Shown: positions 61,007 to 64,000 of the stretch, in pieces | Layout of the letters: each line of letters starts with the position of its first letter | How positions within the stretch are numbered: the first letter of the stretch is position 1 | Assembly: GCF_004010195.1 (NCBI RefSeq) | Contig: NC_057752.1 | Coordinates: 6,791,003-6,855,002, forward strand | Reading direction: 5' to 3' | DNA from: Chiloscyllium plagiosum | Lineage: Eukaryota | Length of the DNA stretch: 64,000 nt | Notes under the pieces: model-generated | What the model was told of the DNA's origin: nothing | Database searches by the model: none | Seen by the model: the letters and a program-made list of their open reading frames with translations, nothing else | Position numbers and translations under genes: made by a program

Positions 61007-62990
61007 AGAGTCAAGAGTGTAGTGCTGGAAAAGCACATCAGGTCAGGCAGCATCCGAGGAACAGGAGAATCAAAGTTTTGGGCATAAGCTCTTCATCAGG
61101 AATGAGGCTTGTGGGTCAGGGCTGAGGTTTGGGGGAAGATAGCTGAGAAAGCGATAGGTGGATGAAGGTGAGGGAGAAGACGATAGGTCGGGGGGGGGAG
61201 AAAGAGAGAAAGTGTGATAGATGGGTCCAGAGAGCGGTGCAGAGTTGAAGGCTTGGGACTGAGATAATGTGGGGGGGGGGGGGGAGGGGAAATGAGGAAG
61301 CTGTTGAAATCCACATTTATCCCAAGGCAGAATATGAGGCGTTCCTCCTCCAGGCGTCGGGTGGTAACAGTTTGGCGGTGGAGGCGGCCCAGACCTGCAT
61401 GACCTTGACAGAGTTGGAGGTGGCATTGAAGTGTTCTCTGAAACGATCTGCAAAATGGCGTCCAGTCTCCCCGATATACAGGAGACCACACTGGGTGCAA
61501 CGGATGCAGTAGATGACATTGGGAGAAGTACAGGCAAATTTCTGACTGATGTGAAATGATCCCTTGGGGCCTTGTACAGAGGGGAGGGGAGTGGTGTGGG
61601 CACAGGTTTTGCACTTCCTATGGTGGCAGGGAAAGGTACTAGGAGTGGGGGGGGGGCTGGTGGGGGGTGTGGACCTGATAAGGGAGTCACGGAGTGAATG
61701 GTCTTTTCGGAACGCTGACGGTGGCGCGTGAAGTGGAGGAAATGCACTGGAGGACATCGTCAACCACGTGGGAAGGGAAGTTGTGATTGTGGAAGGAGGT
61801 GGCCATCTGGGACTTTGAGGTGGAATTGATCATCCTGGGAACAGATGTGGCGGAGGTGGAGGATTTGGGAATAAGGGATGGTAATTTTACAGGAGGTAGG
61901 ATGGGAGGTGTAGTCTAGGTAGCTGTGCGAGTCAGTAGTATATGCCTGTGGTTAGTCAGTTGCCAGAGACGGTGATGGAGGGGTGCAGGAAGGGGAGGGA
62001 GGTTTCCAAGTTGGTCCAGGTGAATTTGAGGTCAGGGTGGAAGGTGTTGGTAAATTTGACGAACTGTTCAACCTCCTCGTGGGAGCACAAGATGGTGCCA
62101 ATACAGTCATCGATGTAGCAGAGGAACAGGTGGGGGTGTGGTGCTGGCGAAACTGTGGAAGATGGATTGTTCCTCATAACTGACAGAGGCAGGTGTAGCT
62201 GGGTCCCATGTGGGTGCCATAGCTACCCCTTTGGTTCGGAGGAAGTGGGAAGATTAGAAGAAGAAAGGTGCCACTCCTAGCACCTTTCCCTGCCACCATA
62301 GGAAGTGCAAAATCTACATCCACACCACTCCCCTCACCTCCAACCAAGGCCCCAAGGGAGCCTTCCACATCCATCAGAAATTTACCTGTACCTCTACCAA
62401 TGTCATCTACTGCATCCGTTGCACCCAGTGTGGTCTCCTCTATATCGGGGAGACAGGATGCCTTCTTGCGGATCGTTTCAGAGACATCTCTGGGACACCC
62501 GCACCCACAAACCCCACGGCCCCGTGGCTGAACGCTTCAACTCCCCCTCCCACTCCATCACGAACATGCAGGCCGGGGCCTCCTCCACCACCAAACCATT
62601 ACCACCCTAGAGGAAGAATGCCTTATATTCCGCCTTGGGATCTTGCAAACACATGGGATAAATGCAGATTTCAACAGTTTTCTCATTTCCCCTCCCCCAA
62701 CATTATCCCAGTCCCAAGCCTCCAACTCTGCACTGCCCCCCCCCCCGACCTATTATTATCTTCTCCCTCACCTTCATCCACCTATTGCTTTCTCAGCTAT
62801 TTTCCCCCAAAGCCCACCACTTCCCATTTACCCCTCAGCCCCGACCCACATGTCTCATTCCTGATGAAGGGTTTATGCCCGAAACGTCAATTCTCCTGCT
62901 CCTCAGATGCTGCCTGACCTGTTGTGTTTTTCCAGCACTACACTCTTCGCTCTGAGCTCCAGCATCTGCAGTCCTCACTTTCTCCATCAT
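61007..62990. mobile_element. Penelope-like element with inverted terminal copies of the GIY-YIG/3' region (minus 61007-62265, plus 62268-62990)
   Basis: Zn-linker and GIY-YIG motifs C...KCKTC..FACTSPNVIYCIRCTQCGLLYIGETGR...RFREH appear on both strands. RT motifs YIDDCIG and GTHMGPSY are present, and hammerhead-like motifs lie near both outer ends. Confidence 0.88.
62861..62888 (+). ncRNA. Minimal hammerhead ribozyme motif in the Penelope 3' end
   Basis: CUGAUGA-A-GGGU-UUAU-GCCC-GAAA-C-GUC. Confidence 0.55.
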
Positions 62991-62999
62991 TCACAACTC

Positions 63000-64000
63000 A
63001 ATCATAGAGCTGTACCTCATGAAAACAGACCCTTCGGTACAACTCACCCAAGCCAACCAATTAATCTAGTCCCATATCCTTCTAAACCCTTCCTATTCAT
63101 ATACCATCCAGGTGCCTTTTAAATGTTGTAATTGTACCAGCCTCCACCACTTCCTCTGGCAGCTTTCCGTAGATGCACCACCCTCTGCGTGAAATGGTTG
63201 CTACTTAGGTCCCTTTTAAACCTTATCTCTCTCATCTTAAACCTATGCCATCTAGTTTTGGACTCCCCCCACACCCTGGGGAAAAGACCTTGTCTATTTA
63301 CCCTATCCATGCCCCTCAAGATTTTATAAACTTGTACAAAGATCACCCCTCAAGCTCTGATGCTCCAGGGAAAACATCCCCAGCCTATTCACCTCTCCCT
63401 ATAGTTCAAATCCTCCAACCCTGGCAACATCCTTGTAAATCTTTTCTGAACCCTTTCAAGTTTCACAACATCATTCAGACAGCAGGGAGACCAGAACTGA
63501 ACACAACATTCCAAAAGTGGCCGAACCAATATCCTGTACAGATGCAACATGACCTCCCAAACTCCTATACTCAATTCTCTGACCAACAAAGGTAAACATA
63601 ACAAATGAATTCTTCACTATCCTGTCTACCTACAACTCTACTTTCAAGGAACTATGAACCTGCATTCCAAGGTCTCTTTGTTCAGCAACAATCTCCAAGC
63701 CCTTACCATTAAGGTGTACAAGTCCTGTCCTGATTTGACTTTCCAAAATGCAGCACCTCTACACTGAACTCCATCTGCCAGTGCTCGGCACATCAGCCTC
63801 TCTGATCAAGGTCCTGTTGTAATCGGAGGTAACTTTCTTCATTGTCCGCCACACCATCTGCCAACTTATTAACCAGGCCTCCTATGTTCACATCCAAGTC
63901 ATTTATATAAATGACAAAAAGCAGTGGACCCAGCACCGATCCTTGTGGCATTCCACTGGTCACAGACCTCCAGTCTGAAACTCAACTCTCAAGCACCACC
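63000..64000 (-). mobile_element. CR1 LINE 3' fragment running off the window end
   Basis: [42 protein letters not shown] at about 63915-63950 on the minus strand. Confidence 0.92.

Overview
This is vertebrate, not prokaryotic, DNA. The repeat families (HE1/V-type SINEs, HER1/CR1 LINEs, Deu-domain SINEs, Penelope-like elements) point to a shark or other cartilaginous fish. Three genes lie on the + strand in the order known from mammals. (1) The last two coding exons of IKZF4/Eos (6018-6152, 8064-8788), followed by a repeat-poor stretch of about 12 kb that probably forms a very long 3' UTR ending near 20670. (2) A complete four-exon RPS26 (35419-38122, 116 aa) with TATA box, 5'TOP tract and polyA signal. 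(3) A short signal-peptide exon (49175-49241), missed by the ORF track, that is most likely ERBB3 exon 1, with CCAAT boxes and two uORFs upstream. The rest is layered transposon debris: CR1 and L2-like LINEs, several SINE families, a decayed Gmr1-like Gypsy element, a probable solo LTR and Penelope-like elements. The most notable non-genic signal is a set of minimal hammerhead-ribozyme motifs in Penelope ends and in short palindromic derivatives, one of which abuts the RPS26 promoter. There is a 500-N assembly gap at 56942-57441. Most ORF-track entries are spurious or repeat-derived. Family names and protein comparisons come from recall, not database searches.
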